Shown here: piece by piece, positions 10,007-19,091 of the stretch
How the letters are laid out: each line of letters opens with the position of its first letter
Numbering within the stretch: position 1 is the stretch's first letter
Assembly (NCBI GenBank): GCA_039589295.1
Contig: JBDHHR010000002.1
Span: forward strand, 18,442-82,441
Source of the DNA: Gemmatimonadota bacterium
GTDB lineage: Bacteria > Gemmatimonadota > Gemmatimonadetes > Palauibacterales > Palauibacteraceae
Length of the DNA: 64,000 bases
Direction of reading: 5' to 3'
Position numbers and translations under genes: made by a program
The notes under the pieces: model-generated
The model's database searches: none
The model's input: the letters and a program-made list of their open reading frames with translations, nothing else
Told to the model about the DNA's origin: nothing

Positions 10007-13000
10007 ATGACGTATCGGGAGCTGCCACAGGGCATCGTCGAGCTCGAGAAGGAGATCCTGCGCCGTTGGGACACCGAAGGCACGTTCGAGAAGAGCCTCT
10101 CACGCCGCGAAGGGGCGCCGGAGTACGTCTTCTACGAGGGCCCTCCGACGGCTAACGGCCGGCCCGGAGTCCACCACATAATATCCCGAGCCATCAAGGA
10201 TGCCGTAGCCCGCTACAGGTCCATGACCGGCTGGCATGTGACCCGAGTCGCGGGCTGGGACACACACGGCCTTCCGGTGGAGATCGAGGCCGAGAAGCAG
10301 CTGGGCATTTCAGGAAAACCGGACATAGAGCGCCTGGGGGTCGGACGGTTCAACGACGTTTGCCGCGAGAACATCTTCACCTACAAGGAGGACTGGGAGC
10401 AGCTCTCGCGGCGCATCGGATACTGGCTCGACTACGACCGTCCGTACATCACCTGCTCGCCGGAGTACATCGAGTCAGTGTGGTGGGCGCTCAGTGAGAT
10501 AGACCGGAAGGGGCTACTGTACAAAGGCTACAAGGTACTGCCCTATTGCCCCCGCTGTGGTACCGGTCTCTCCAGCCACGAGGTGGACCAGGGCTATCGG
10601 ACGATCACCGAGCCTTCGGTTTACGCCAAGTTCCACCTCCAGGACGATCCGGACGACGCGCGCGTGCTCAGCTGGACGACGACCCCGTGGACTCTTCCAG
10701 GCAACCTCGCCCTCGCGGTCGGAGAAGACCTGGACTATGCGCGGGTGCGAATAAGGGAGCCCGGTACCGTCGCGGAGACCGGCACGGACGGTGATGGTGC
10801 CGGAACCCGGCGTTCTCCGCAGGAAGCAGCGCCGGGCGAGGTATTCATACTGGCCACGACTCTTCTGGAGGAGACTCTGCGCCATCCATACGAGGTCATC
10901 CAGGAGCTGAAGGGCAGAGACCTGGTGGGGCTTCGGTACCGTCCGCTCTTTCCGGGAGCCGTTGCCGGTAGCGATACGGGCGCGGCCTGGACGATCCTGG
11001 CCGCCGACTTCGTGACGGACGAGGAGGGCACCGGCGTCGTCCATACGGCCGTGATGTACGGAGAAGACGATTTCGAGCTTGGCCGACGGGCGGGTCTCCC
11101 GTTTCAGCATACCGTAGACACCCATGGGCGCTTCGTCGAACGGGTGCCCGGCGGCTTGGCCGGGCGGCAGGTGAAGGATCCTGAGACCGAGGAAGCCATC
11201 GCGGACTACTTGCGTGATCACGACCTCCTCTATCGCCGACAGGCGTACGAGCACAGCTACCCTCACTGCTGGCGCTGTGAGAGCGCTCTGCTCTACATGG
11301 CGCGCGACTCATGGTACATCCGGACCACAGCGGTCAAGGACCGACTGCTGGAGCACAACGCGTCCGTCGGCTGGCATCCGCCGGAGATCGGAAGCGGCCG
11401 CATGGGCGAGTGGCTGGAGAGCAACGTCGACTGGGCCGTTTCCCGCGATCGTTACTGGGGCACGCCTCTACCGATCTGGATGTGCGACAGAGCCGAATCC
11501 CACCGAGAGGTAGTTGGATCGTTCGAGCGGCTGGCCGAGCTGGCCGGTTCGCTGTCTGACGGCTTCGACCCGCACCGACCGGAGATCGACGCGCTAACTT
11601 GGGCCTGCATGGGCGAGAAGTGCGACGGCGTGATGCGGAGAGTTCCGGAAGTGATCGACGCGTGGTTCGACTCCGGCTCGATGCCGTTCGCCCAATGGCA
11701 CTACCCGTTCGAGGGGGAGGGCGCGTTCGGGGACCACTTCCCGGCGCATTTCATCGCCGAGGGGGTGGATCAGACACGAGGCTGGTTTTACTCGCTCCTG
11801 GCCATATCGACGCTGCTGTTCGACGAGCCCTGCTACCTGAACGTGGTCGTCAACGACCTCATCCTCGACGAGACAGGCCTGAAGATGTCCAAGTCGAGGG
11901 GCAACGTTGTAGACCCATGGGAAGCCATCGCCGGGCACGGAGCGGATGCCATCAGAGTGTACCTTCTGGCTGCCAGCAATCCCTGGCTTCCGAAGCGGTG
12001 GGACGCGGCGGCGATCCGGGAGACGAACCGCAAGCTCTTCGACACCCTGCGCAGCACATACCGCTTCTTCGTCATGTATGCGGGCCTGGAGGATTGGAAC
12101 CACGAGACGGGAGAGCCGTCGCCGCTGGAGTCGCGGCCGTTGATGGACCGCTGGTTGCTCAGCCGCCTGGATGGGCTCGTGGCGGACGTGCGGTGGAACA
12201 TGGAGGAGTATGATCTCACCAGCGCGGCGAGGCGCATCACGGGCTTCGTACTCGACGATCTCTCCAACTGGTACGTTCGCCAGACGAGAGATCGATTCTG
12301 GGCGACCCGTGCCGTCGCCGAAGCTGAGGTGAAGTCGGCCGACGCCTTCGCGACCCTGTACGAGGCGCTCACGGCCTGCGCTCTTCTCCTGGCTCCGCTG
12401 GCGCCGTTTCTCTCTGACTGGCTGTACCGGGCGCTGGCCGGCGTTCCGGCGCACCTGGCCGACTACCCGCGGCCACGACTGGCTCGGGACGTGGAACTGG
12501 AGCAGGTGATGGAGGACGTACGCAAGCTGGCCACTCTCGGCCGGGCGGCCCGTGAGCAAGCCGGGATCCGTGTCCGCCAGCCGCTCTCAAGCCTGCGGGC
12601 CGTGATACCCGGCGGGCGCCGTCCACCGGCGCCTCTGGAGGCGGTTCTCCTTCAGGAACTGAATGTTAAGAGGGTTGTATTCCCGTCGGGCGGCGACGAT
12701 ATTGTGCGGTCGTCTGCGAAGCCTGACTACGGAAGGCTCGGACCCCGCTTCGGTCGGCGGACTCCGGCCGTCGCCCGTGCGATCCTGGGGCTTGAGCCGG
12801 ATCTCGTTCGGGAACTGAAGGCCGGGAGAGGTGTTACGCTCCGCGTCGGCGGGGAAGAGGTCGTCGTCAACCCGGAGGATGTCAGGGTTCAAGAGGAGGC
12901 CGCCGGCGAGCTGACGGTACAGGCGGCAGACGGGTACCTGGTCGGTCTGGACGGCTCGCTCACTGACGAGCTGCTGGCGGAGGGATTGGCTCGGGAAGTG

Positions 13001-13255
13001 GTGAACCGGGTGCAGCGCCTGCGTCGCGACTCGGGACTGGACGTCAGCGACCGGATTCGCCTGGCGGTGGCGGGACCCAGGCGGCTGGAGGAAGCCGTCT
13101 CGTCGCACCGGGCCTATATTGCCGGCGAGACGCTGGCACTGGAGTTGCTCGAGGGTGACGAGGCTGTGTCGGCGTCCGAGCACATTCAAGCGGTTCACAT
13201 AGAAGACGAGCCGGTGAGGCTGGGCGTCAGCAGAATGGCGGAGCCGGGAGCGTAG
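10007..13255 (+). CDS. ileS: isoleucine--tRNA ligase, long form (likely type 2)
   Basis: 1082 aa with the class I HIGH-like and KMSKS (LKMSKSRGN) motifs, an editing-domain insertion and the YCPRCGTGL zinc region. Confidence 0.95.
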   Translation: MTYRELPQGIVELEKEILRRWDTEGTFEKSLSRREGAPEYVFYEGPPTANGRPGVHHIISRAIKDAVARYRSMTGWHVTRVAGWDTHGLPVEIEAEKQLGISGKPDIERLGVGRFNDVCRENIFTYKEDWEQLSRRIGYWLDYDRPYITCSPEYIESVWWALSEIDRKGLLYKGYKVLPYCPRCGTGLSSHEVDQGYRTITEPSVYAKFHLQDDPDDARVLSWTTTPWTLPGNLALAVGEDLDYARVRIREPGTVAETGTDGDGAGTRRSPQEAAPGEVFILATTLLEETLRHPYEVIQELKGRDLVGLRYRPLFPGAVAGSDTGAAWTILAADFVTDEEGTGVVHTAVMYGEDDFELGRRAGLPFQHTVDTHGRFVERVPGGLAGRQVKDPETEEAIADYLRDHDLLYRRQAYEHSYPHCWRCESALLYMARDSWYIRTTAVKDRLLEHNASVGWHPPEIGSGRMGEWLESNVDWAVSRDRYWGTPLPIWMCDRAESHREVVGSFERLAELAGSLSDGFDPHRPEIDALTWACMGEKCDGVMRRVPEVIDAWFDSGSMPFAQWHYPFEGEGAFGDHFPAHFIAEGVDQTRGWFYSLLAISTLLFDEPCYLNVVVNDLILDETGLKMSKSRGNVVDPWEAIAGHGADAIRVYLLAASNPWLPKRWDAAAIRETNRKLFDTLRSTYRFFVMYAGLEDWNHETGEPSPLESRPLMDRWLLSRLDGLVADVRWNMEEYDLTSAARRITGFVLDDLSNWYVRQTRDRFWATRAVAEAEVKSADAFATLYEALTACALLLAPLAPFLSDWLYRALAGVPAHLADYPRPRLARDVELEQVMEDVRKLATLGRAAREQAGIRVRQPLSSLRAVIPGGRRPPAPLEAVLLQELNVKRVVFPSGGDDIVRSSAKPDYGRLGPRFGRRTPAVARAILGLEPDLVRELKAGRGVTLRVGGEEVVVNPEDVRVQEEAAGELTVQAADGYLVGLDGSLTDELLAEGLAREVVNRVQRLRRDSGLDVSDRIRLAVAGPRRLEEAVSSHRAYIAGETLALELLEGDEAVSASEHIQAVHIEDEPVRLGVSRMAEPGA

Positions 13256-13303
13256 CCCGCCAGCCAGACGCACGGAACACATCGGTTAGATCGGGGAGAA
13301 GGG

Positions 13304-13687
13304 ATGAAGAAGAAGGACCTCAAGCACTTTGAGGACCGGCTGCTCCAGATGCGCCGGAGGGCGCTGAAGGACCTCGGTCACTATGGTGAATCGTTCGCCA
13401 ACACGCCGCAGGCGTCGGACGGCGATCTCTCGGCATACAGCTTCCATATGGCAGACCAGGGAACCGACGCCATGGAGAGGGAGAAGGCGTTCCTGTTTGC
13501 CAGCAAGGAGGGCCGCTACCTCTACCACATTGACGAAGCCCTGCGCCGCCTGTACCGGACACCAGGCAGCTTCGGAGTGTGCGAGGAATGCGGAGACGAG
13601 ATAGGCTTCGAGCGGCTCGACGCGCTCCCCCATACGCGCCTCTGCATCCGGTGCAAGGAGCGTGAGGAGACCGGTGTATCCCGCTGA
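13304..13687 (+). CDS. DksA/TraR-family C4 zinc-finger protein (YlyA-like)
   Basis: 127 aa with CEECGDEIGFERLDALPHTRLCIRCKE (CxxC-17-CxxC). It sits between ileS and lspA, as B. subtilis ylyA does. Confidence 0.75.
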   Translation: MKKKDLKHFEDRLLQMRRRALKDLGHYGESFANTPQASDGDLSAYSFHMADQGTDAMEREKAFLFASKEGRYLYHIDEALRRLYRTPGSFGVCEECGDEIGFERLDALPHTRLCIRCKEREETGVSR

Positions 13688-14225
13688 GACTGAGGCGGCC
13701 CTCGATATCGCTCCCCCCCGGTCGGGGCTGAACAAGTCAGCCCTGCTGCTCCTGGTCGTCGGGACTGTGGTCCTTCTCGACTACTTGACCAAGATGTGGG
13801 TGGTCCAGACGTTTTCCCTTGGGGACTACCGACCGATTCTGGGCGACGTCTTCAGATTGACATACACGCACAATCCCGGCGCGGCCTTCGGCATCAATGT
13901 CGGCGAACACTCCCGCGTATTCTTCCTGGTCCTGTCGGTTGCAGCTCTGGTCGTGCTGGCTGTGATCTACCGTGCGACCGCCGCGACCGACCGGCTCAGA
14001 CTACTGGCCGTGGCGCTGGTGAGCGGGGGCGCGGTCGGCAATATTCTGGACCGGCTCCGCTACTCGGACGGAGTGGTCGACTTCCTGGACGTGGGCATCG
14101 GTACGCACCGGTGGCCGGTGTTCAACGTCGCCGACATGGCGGTCAGTGTCGGAGCCATCCTCCTCCTCATCTCCTTCTATTTCGAGGAGAAAGGCGACGA
14201 TGACGGGAAGCGGGCCGAAGCCTGA
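13662..14225 (+). CDS. lspA: lipoprotein signal peptidase II
   Basis: Four TM helices and the conserved NPGAAFG and FNVADMAV motifs. It overlaps the preceding gene by 26 nt, so the start is uncertain. Confidence 0.85.
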   Translation: MRRPVYPAETEAALDIAPPRSGLNKSALLLLVVGTVVLLDYLTKMWVVQTFSLGDYRPILGDVFRLTYTHNPGAAFGINVGEHSRVFFLVLSVAALVVLAVIYRATAATDRLRLLAVALVSGGAVGNILDRLRYSDGVVDFLDVGIGTHRWPVFNVADMAVSVGAILLLISFYFEEKGDDDGKRAEA

Positions 14226-15171
14226 CATTCACCATCTCGACATCGATGAGGATCAGGACGATCGGCTGGACAGTTTTCTGGCCGATCGTTTGCATCTGAG
14301 CCGGAGCCACGTCGCGAGCCTGATTCACCATGGCCTGGTGGTCATCGACGGCGCCCCAGTCCGCAAGAGCTATCGACCGCAACGGGGGGACCGAATAACA
14401 GTCTCGATTCCTCCAGCGCGTTCCGTCGAGATCCGACCAGAAGACATTCCGGTTGAAGTCATCTTCGAGGACGAGGATCTACTGGTGGTCGATAAACCGG
14501 CCGGCCTGGTGGTCCACCCGGCGCCGGGAAACCGCTCCGGCACTCTCGTCAACGCGCTCCTCCATCACGCCGGACGGCTCTCCTCGCTGGGCCTGCCCGA
14601 CCGGCCGGGAATCGTTCACCGAATAGACAAGGATACGAGCGGCCTGCTGGTGGTGGCCAAGAGCGACTACGCGCATCGACGCTTGGCCCGCGATCTCGCC
14701 CGGCGGCGGTTCCGCCGGAGTTATCTGGCCGCCGCCTGGGGTCACATCGGCGTCGAGCAGGTGACAGTCGACCTTCCCATAGGCCGCGACCCGAAAGCCC
14801 GCAAGCGTATGGCGGTCGTGGAAGGCGGTCGCCGTGCCATCACGCACGTACGTCGACTCGAGCGATGGCGGGCGGCTGACCTGCTGGCGGTTCGCCTGGA
14901 GACTGGACGTACACACCAGATCCGGGTTCACCTGCGGGCACGCGGACATCCGATCGTGATGGATCCGGTCTACGGGCACGGTTGGGAGCGAGGCCTCCTG
15001 GGGGCCGGCGGTCGCTGGGCGGACGAGTTCGCGCGGCTTTGCGGCAGGCTCTTCCTACATGCTGCTCGACTCTCGTTCCAGCACCCCCGCGGCGACGAGC
15101 TTCTGAGTTTCTCGTCGTCACTTCCCGAGCCGCTGCGCTCGTCGGCGAAATGGGCGCGGGAGACGAGCTGA
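14200..15171 (+). CDS. rluD: 23S rRNA pseudouridine synthase, RluA/RluD family
   Basis: S4 domain plus HRIDKDTSGLLVVAKS catalytic motif. ATG at 14200, overlapping the lspA 3' end. Confidence 0.85.
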   Translation: MTGSGPKPDIHHLDIDEDQDDRLDSFLADRLHLSRSHVASLIHHGLVVIDGAPVRKSYRPQRGDRITVSIPPARSVEIRPEDIPVEVIFEDEDLLVVDKPAGLVVHPAPGNRSGTLVNALLHHAGRLSSLGLPDRPGIVHRIDKDTSGLLVVAKSDYAHRRLARDLARRRFRRSYLAAAWGHIGVEQVTVDLPIGRDPKARKRMAVVEGGRRAITHVRRLERWRAADLLAVRLETGRTHQIRVHLRARGHPIVMDPVYGHGWERGLLGAGGRWADEFARLCGRLFLHAARLSFQHPRGDELLSFSSSLPEPLRSSAKWARETS

Positions 15172-15203
15172 GGGTCCGCGTCCGCCGGCCGCCGGGCCAG
15201 CCC

Positions 15204-16142
15204 ATGGCGTCGGGCCGGCGCTGGAAGGCAGCGGCCCTGGCCATGCTGCTACCGGCTCTCGTCGTTACACAGCTTCCCGGAGGCCCGTCGACGTCCGGGG
15301 GGCAGGGTGCTTCCGGGGCGCCGCTGCGTCTCCACGCGGAGGAGGGCCTCGAGCGCCTGGCCGAGATACTCACCGGCGATAGCATGGCTTGGCTCTCGTT
15401 TCCGGGTATAGGCGATCTGCGGCCATCGCCCTCCGATACGATCGATGTGTGGCTGGTGCGCGACCTGGCATCGCTCGCACAACACCGACTCGGACAGCCG
15501 GAGGAGTGGGTGGCCGGCTTGGCCGTGCCCGAGGAACGCCGGATCGCCCTGAGGGTCGGCAGTGACTTCGAGGACGCAGCGGGCCTGCGAGGCATTTTCC
15601 GGCACGAGCTGGCGCACCTGGCCCTGCACGAGGCGACTGGCGGGCATCATCCCACGTGGCTTGGCGAGGGATATGCTCAGTTCGCGGCCGGGCTCTGGGG
15701 CTGGGACGAGGCGTGGCAGCTCCGGCTGGTCTTCTTCCGCGAAGGTGGGGGGTCACTTCGGGATCTGGACCTGCGCTTCCGGCGCCAGCCGCTCGAGGTT
15801 CGGTTGGGGTACCTGCTATCCTATACGGCGGTTCACGAGCTGGCAGCGATGGGTGGAGAGGCGGGCCTTGCAGCGCTCTTCGCACGGCTGCGGGCCGGGG
15901 ACTCCTTCGACGCTGCCCTGCGGAGAGTCTTCGGAGTTACCGAAGAGCAGTTCGAGACCCGATGGAAGCGCGGCGTGCTGGACCGTTACGGCTGGGTGTA
16001 TGTCCTCTCCCGGGCCGGCCTCTTCTGGGTCGCTGTCTCGATCCTGTTGTTCGCGGTTACGGCTCGTCGGGTCCGACAGGACCGGCGACGCCTGGAGGCC
16101 CTAAGGGCGGAGGAGATGGAAAACGAGAACCCGGCGCCATAA
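15204..16142 (+). CDS. signal-peptide protein with an HExxH zinc-metallopeptidase-like motif and a C-terminal TM anchor
   Basis: Signal peptide (MASGRRWKAAALAMLLPALVV), HELAHLALHE followed ~18 aa later by GEGYAQF (gluzincin-like third ligand), a C-terminal hydrophobic helix and a basic tail. The start could be 15150 or 15204. Confidence 0.6.
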   Translation: MASGRRWKAAALAMLLPALVVTQLPGGPSTSGGQGASGAPLRLHAEEGLERLAEILTGDSMAWLSFPGIGDLRPSPSDTIDVWLVRDLASLAQHRLGQPEEWVAGLAVPEERRIALRVGSDFEDAAGLRGIFRHELAHLALHEATGGHHPTWLGEGYAQFAAGLWGWDEAWQLRLVFFREGGGSLRDLDLRFRRQPLEVRLGYLLSYTAVHELAAMGGEAGLAALFARLRAGDSFDAALRRVFGVTEEQFETRWKRGVLDRYGWVYVLSRAGLFWVAVSILLFAVTARRVRQDRRRLEALRAEEMENENPAP

Positions 16143-16178
16143 GTTGACTCACAACGCGCCGGAGAATAAGCTTGATCG

Positions 16179-16433
16179 ATGGACGTGACCCGCTCAAGTA
16201 AGACCGGAGCTGGTTCGACGAGTCCACGACCATTCGGCCTGCGGAGTGCGAACCTGCTGCTCCTGCTGGCTGGAGTCGTGGTCGTTTTGTTTGGCTATGT
16301 GATTCTGGGCAGAGGCTCGATCATAGCGGCTCCGCTGCTCTTGGTGGCTGGCTATGTGGTACTGATCCCTGCTGGTCTTCTTCTCGGTTTCGGGAGGGTG
16401 AGCGGGGATGAAGGAGGAGAACCGGGCGAATAG
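16179..16433 (+). CDS. small two-TM membrane protein (hypothetical)
   Basis: 84-aa ORF with two hydrophobic helices. Its stop overlaps the tRNA 5' end by 10 nt, which weakens confidence. Confidence 0.35.
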   Translation: MDVTRSSKTGAGSTSPRPFGLRSANLLLLLAGVVVVLFGYVILGRGSIIAAPLLLVAGYVVLIPAGLLLGFGRVSGDEGGEPGE

Positions 16434-16499
16434 CTCAGCTTGGCCTAGAGCGCCTGCCTTACAAGCAGGAGGTCGCTGGTTCGAATCCAGCTTCGCCCA
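16424..16499 (+). tRNA. tRNA-Val (anticodon UAC)
   Basis: 76-nt cloverleaf. The acceptor stem pairs GGGCGAA with TTCGCCC, the D stem GCTC with GAGC, the anticodon stem CCTGC with GCAGG around loop CTTACAA, and the T stem GCTGG with CCAGC around loop TTCGAAT. The discriminator is A and no CCA is encoded. Confidence 0.9.
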
Positions 16500-16630
16500 C
16501 TGTTCGTCGGCGGAACCCGCGGCCGCCCCGGAAGACGGAGCCGCGGAACAATAGCTTCGCTCGGAGTGTCGTATTGGTTGCGCAGGCAGGGCGTGCCCTG
16601 TTCTGAAGGCCCTACATTCGAGGACGGAAA

Positions 16631-18394
16631 ATGGACCGAGCTGTACGTACGTCTGTCAGGCACTTGGTCAGCCTCTCGGCTGCACTGGCGCTGGTAGCCT
16701 TTCAAGCCGGCTACGCACTGTCGCAGGAGGGGAACGGAGGGTCGGGTGGACGGGCGCGCGTCCTTGTGGCGCCACTGAAGACGGGACAGGGAGTCAGGAA
16801 GGACTTTGGCAAAAAGGTCTCGGAGGAAGTGCAGAAGAGGCTGCAGGACTTCCCGACCCTGACGTCCATCGAGAACGGGACGGTTCGGGACGAGCTGAAG
16901 CGTCTGAAGTTGAAGGAAGAGGACCTCGGCCTCGTCCAGTGGCGGCAGCTCGCCGGCCGTCTCAACGCTGACGTAGTCATGTATGGCAGCGTCGAGCCGG
17001 GAGGAGCGGGGAATACCGTCGAGGTCGTCTTCGTGGATTCCAAGAACGGCGACGAGCTTCCGGTCCCACAGTTCGCTGTCGCCGGCGACGGCGGTGACCA
17101 GGTCCGCGAGGCGGCGGGCGTCATAGTGACCGCCTTCCAGGGCCAGGTGGATTATCAGCGGGCGATCCTTTTCTGCCAGGACTATCTGAGCGCCGAACAG
17201 TACGAAGATGCTCAGCGGAACTGCGACGATGCCCTGGAGCTGAACCCGAACAGCATGACGGGTCACTATCTCCGAGGTCGAGTCGCAATGGGGATGGAAG
17301 ACTGGTCGGCGGCCCAGAGTGACCTCGCCGTGGTCGTCGAAAACAACCCGGCAGAGGTTCTGGCGCTGCAGTCGCTGGCTTTCACCGAGCTGAAGCTGGG
17401 GAACAAGGAGCGCTCGGTAGAGCTGTATCGGGAGTACCTGAACTTCAATCCGGAGGATGCCAGCGTCCGTCTCAACGTGGCATTCGAGCTCGCCCAGGCG
17501 GACGGCGAGGACCAGGCCATCACTCTGCTGCAGGATGGTATAGCCATCGATTCCATGAACGCCGACCTGTGGCAGTTCCTGGGCAACGTGGCGCTTCGGA
17601 AAGGCACAACCGAAGGCGCTGAAGAGACTGGCAGCGAGGCGTCCATCAGCGATGAGGCCTCCGTGCGCATGGCGGTCAACGCGTACAACAAAGTCCTGGA
17701 GCTGAAGGGCGAGGAAATAGACCCGGAGATTCTCCGTAACGTGATCGCCGCCAACCTGGAGTTGGGCGACCACAACGCCGCCCTCGACTTCGCCGACCGG
17801 GCCCAGGCGCTGATGCCCGACGACGCGGGTCTGTGGTCCATCCGAGCGGATGTGTACGGCCGAATGGACCGGTTCGCGGATGCTATCGCGGCGCTCGACC
17901 GTACGCTACAGGTGGATGCGGACTATCCGAACGGATACCTGAGACGCGGTTTCTTCAAGCTGCGGGCCGGGGATGCGACAGGAGCCGTCGCCGATCTGCG
18001 GCATGCGGTGGATGCGGGTGCGGAGCCTGACATGGTGGCCGGGCAGCTCCTGGCGAGGGGCTACAACGACTTCTTCAAGAAAGGCCGGTACGACCAGGCT
18101 CTGGCCATGTTCCGGGTCGGCACCGAGTTCACGGGATCGGGCAGGGTGCAGGATCAGCTCTACTTCTTCACCGCCTACGGCTACTACCAGCAGGGAGTGG
18201 CCATCGACTCCGCCAATGAGGCTGCGGAGGCCTGCCAGCCTGCCCAGCGCGCGCTGGCCAAGTTCCAGCAGGTGCTCCCGAACCTGAACCGAGCCGGCAA
18301 CGAGCAGCCGCAGAGCCAGGCACAGATACGCGAGAGCACCGACGTCTACCTCTACAGACAGGAACAGATCATCAGGAAGAACTGCAACGGATGA
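16631..18394 (+). CDS. secreted tetratricopeptide-repeat (TPR) protein
   Basis: Signal peptide followed by multiple TPR-like helical repeats, 587 aa. A strong terminator follows. Confidence 0.7.
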   Translation: MDRAVRTSVRHLVSLSAALALVAFQAGYALSQEGNGGSGGRARVLVAPLKTGQGVRKDFGKKVSEEVQKRLQDFPTLTSIENGTVRDELKRLKLKEEDLGLVQWRQLAGRLNADVVMYGSVEPGGAGNTVEVVFVDSKNGDELPVPQFAVAGDGGDQVREAAGVIVTAFQGQVDYQRAILFCQDYLSAEQYEDAQRNCDDALELNPNSMTGHYLRGRVAMGMEDWSAAQSDLAVVVENNPAEVLALQSLAFTELKLGNKERSVELYREYLNFNPEDASVRLNVAFELAQADGEDQAITLLQDGIAIDSMNADLWQFLGNVALRKGTTEGAEETGSEASISDEASVRMAVNAYNKVLELKGEEIDPEILRNVIAANLELGDHNAALDFADRAQALMPDDAGLWSIRADVYGRMDRFADAIAALDRTLQVDADYPNGYLRRGFFKLRAGDATGAVADLRHAVDAGAEPDMVAGQLLARGYNDFFKKGRYDQALAMFRVGTEFTGSGRVQDQLYFFTAYGYYQQGVAIDSANEAAEACQPAQRALAKFQQVLPNLNRAGNEQPQSQAQIRESTDVYLYRQEQIIRKNCNG

Positions 18395-18465
18395 TGGCCT
18401 GATGTGCCGGATGCCGGGTCGCGCCTAAGGCGCGTAGCCCGGCCTGGCCAACGGCCGCCTCGGTG

Positions 18466-18502
18466 AGCCCGGCGGGACTTCGGTCCCGCCGGGCTTTTTC
18501 TT
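18466..18502 (+). terminator. rho-independent terminator after the TPR gene
   Basis: A 12-bp perfect stem (GCCCGGCGGGAC ttcg GTCCCGCCGGGC) followed by TTTTTCTT. Confidence 0.85.
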
Positions 18503-18531
18503 GGTGCGCCAGGCACCCGGGGTGCAGGGGG

Positions 18532-18594
18532 TTGCGCGGGAACCGTGGGAAAGGTAGAATGGGACGCAGTGGGGAAATGTGGGACATTGTGGGG
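18532..18594 (+). promoter_or_regulatory. mraZ promoter (-35 TTGCGC / 17 nt / -10 TAGAAT) overlapped by an MraZ operator of five TGGG repeats
   Basis: TGGG starts at ~18546, 18560, 18570, 18580 and 18590, giving spacings of 14, 10, 10 and 10. The sequence reads GTGGGA, ATGGGA, GTGGGG, GTGGGA and GTGGGG. This matches the MraZ direct-repeat operator architecture. Confidence 0.8.
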
Positions 18595-18623
18595 ATATCT
18601 CATTCCTGCCTCAACGGTGCGAC

Positions 18624-19055
18624 TTGGGCGGCTATCTCGGCAGCTACCTGTATCAGGTGGACGAGAAGGGACGCGTGACGCTTCCGGCAGCTTTTCGTCG
18701 GGGTGGAGAGGCGGCGTCCTTCATCCTGATCCAATACCACGCCGACGCGCTGACGCTCTATCCATCCGAGAACTGGGGTGCCGTGCAGGAACGGCTCCGC
18801 GAGCTGGCGAAGCGCACTCCGCGCTCCCGCCACTTCCTGCTGGCGCTCACCGCCAACGCCCACGAGGTCGCGCCCGATAAACAGGGCCGCATTCTGATCC
18901 CCGACCGCCTGCGCGAGAGGGTCGGCGTCCGGAGCGAAGCGCAGTTGGTTGGAGCCATAGACAAGATAGAGATCTGGGACCCGGATCGCTTCCGTGAGGC
19001 GATGCAGGAACCTGGCGATGAATTCGGCGAGCTTGCCGCCGGGATCTTCGCCTGA
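18624..19055 (+). CDS. mraZ: division/cell wall cluster transcriptional regulator MraZ
   Basis: Two MraZ half-domains with a DEKGRVTLP motif. A probable TTG start at ~18624 gives an N-terminal length comparable to E. coli and B. subtilis MraZ. The ORF-track start 18579 lies inside the operator. Confidence 0.8.
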   Translation: MGGYLGSYLYQVDEKGRVTLPAAFRRGGEAASFILIQYHADALTLYPSENWGAVQERLRELAKRTPRSRHFLLALTANAHEVAPDKQGRILIPDRLRERVGVRSEAQLVGAIDKIEIWDPDRFREAMQEPGDEFGELAAGIFA

Positions 19056-19091
19056 CGGCAGGCGAGTAGCACCGCGCCGGCCGGCAGGGAG

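Noticed and set aside
16424-16640. A possible integrative element at tRNA-Val
   Set aside because: There is no integrase and no direct repeat of the tRNA 3' end, and the downstream genes (TPR protein, dcw cluster) are core. The tRNA is simply embedded in the chromosome backbone.
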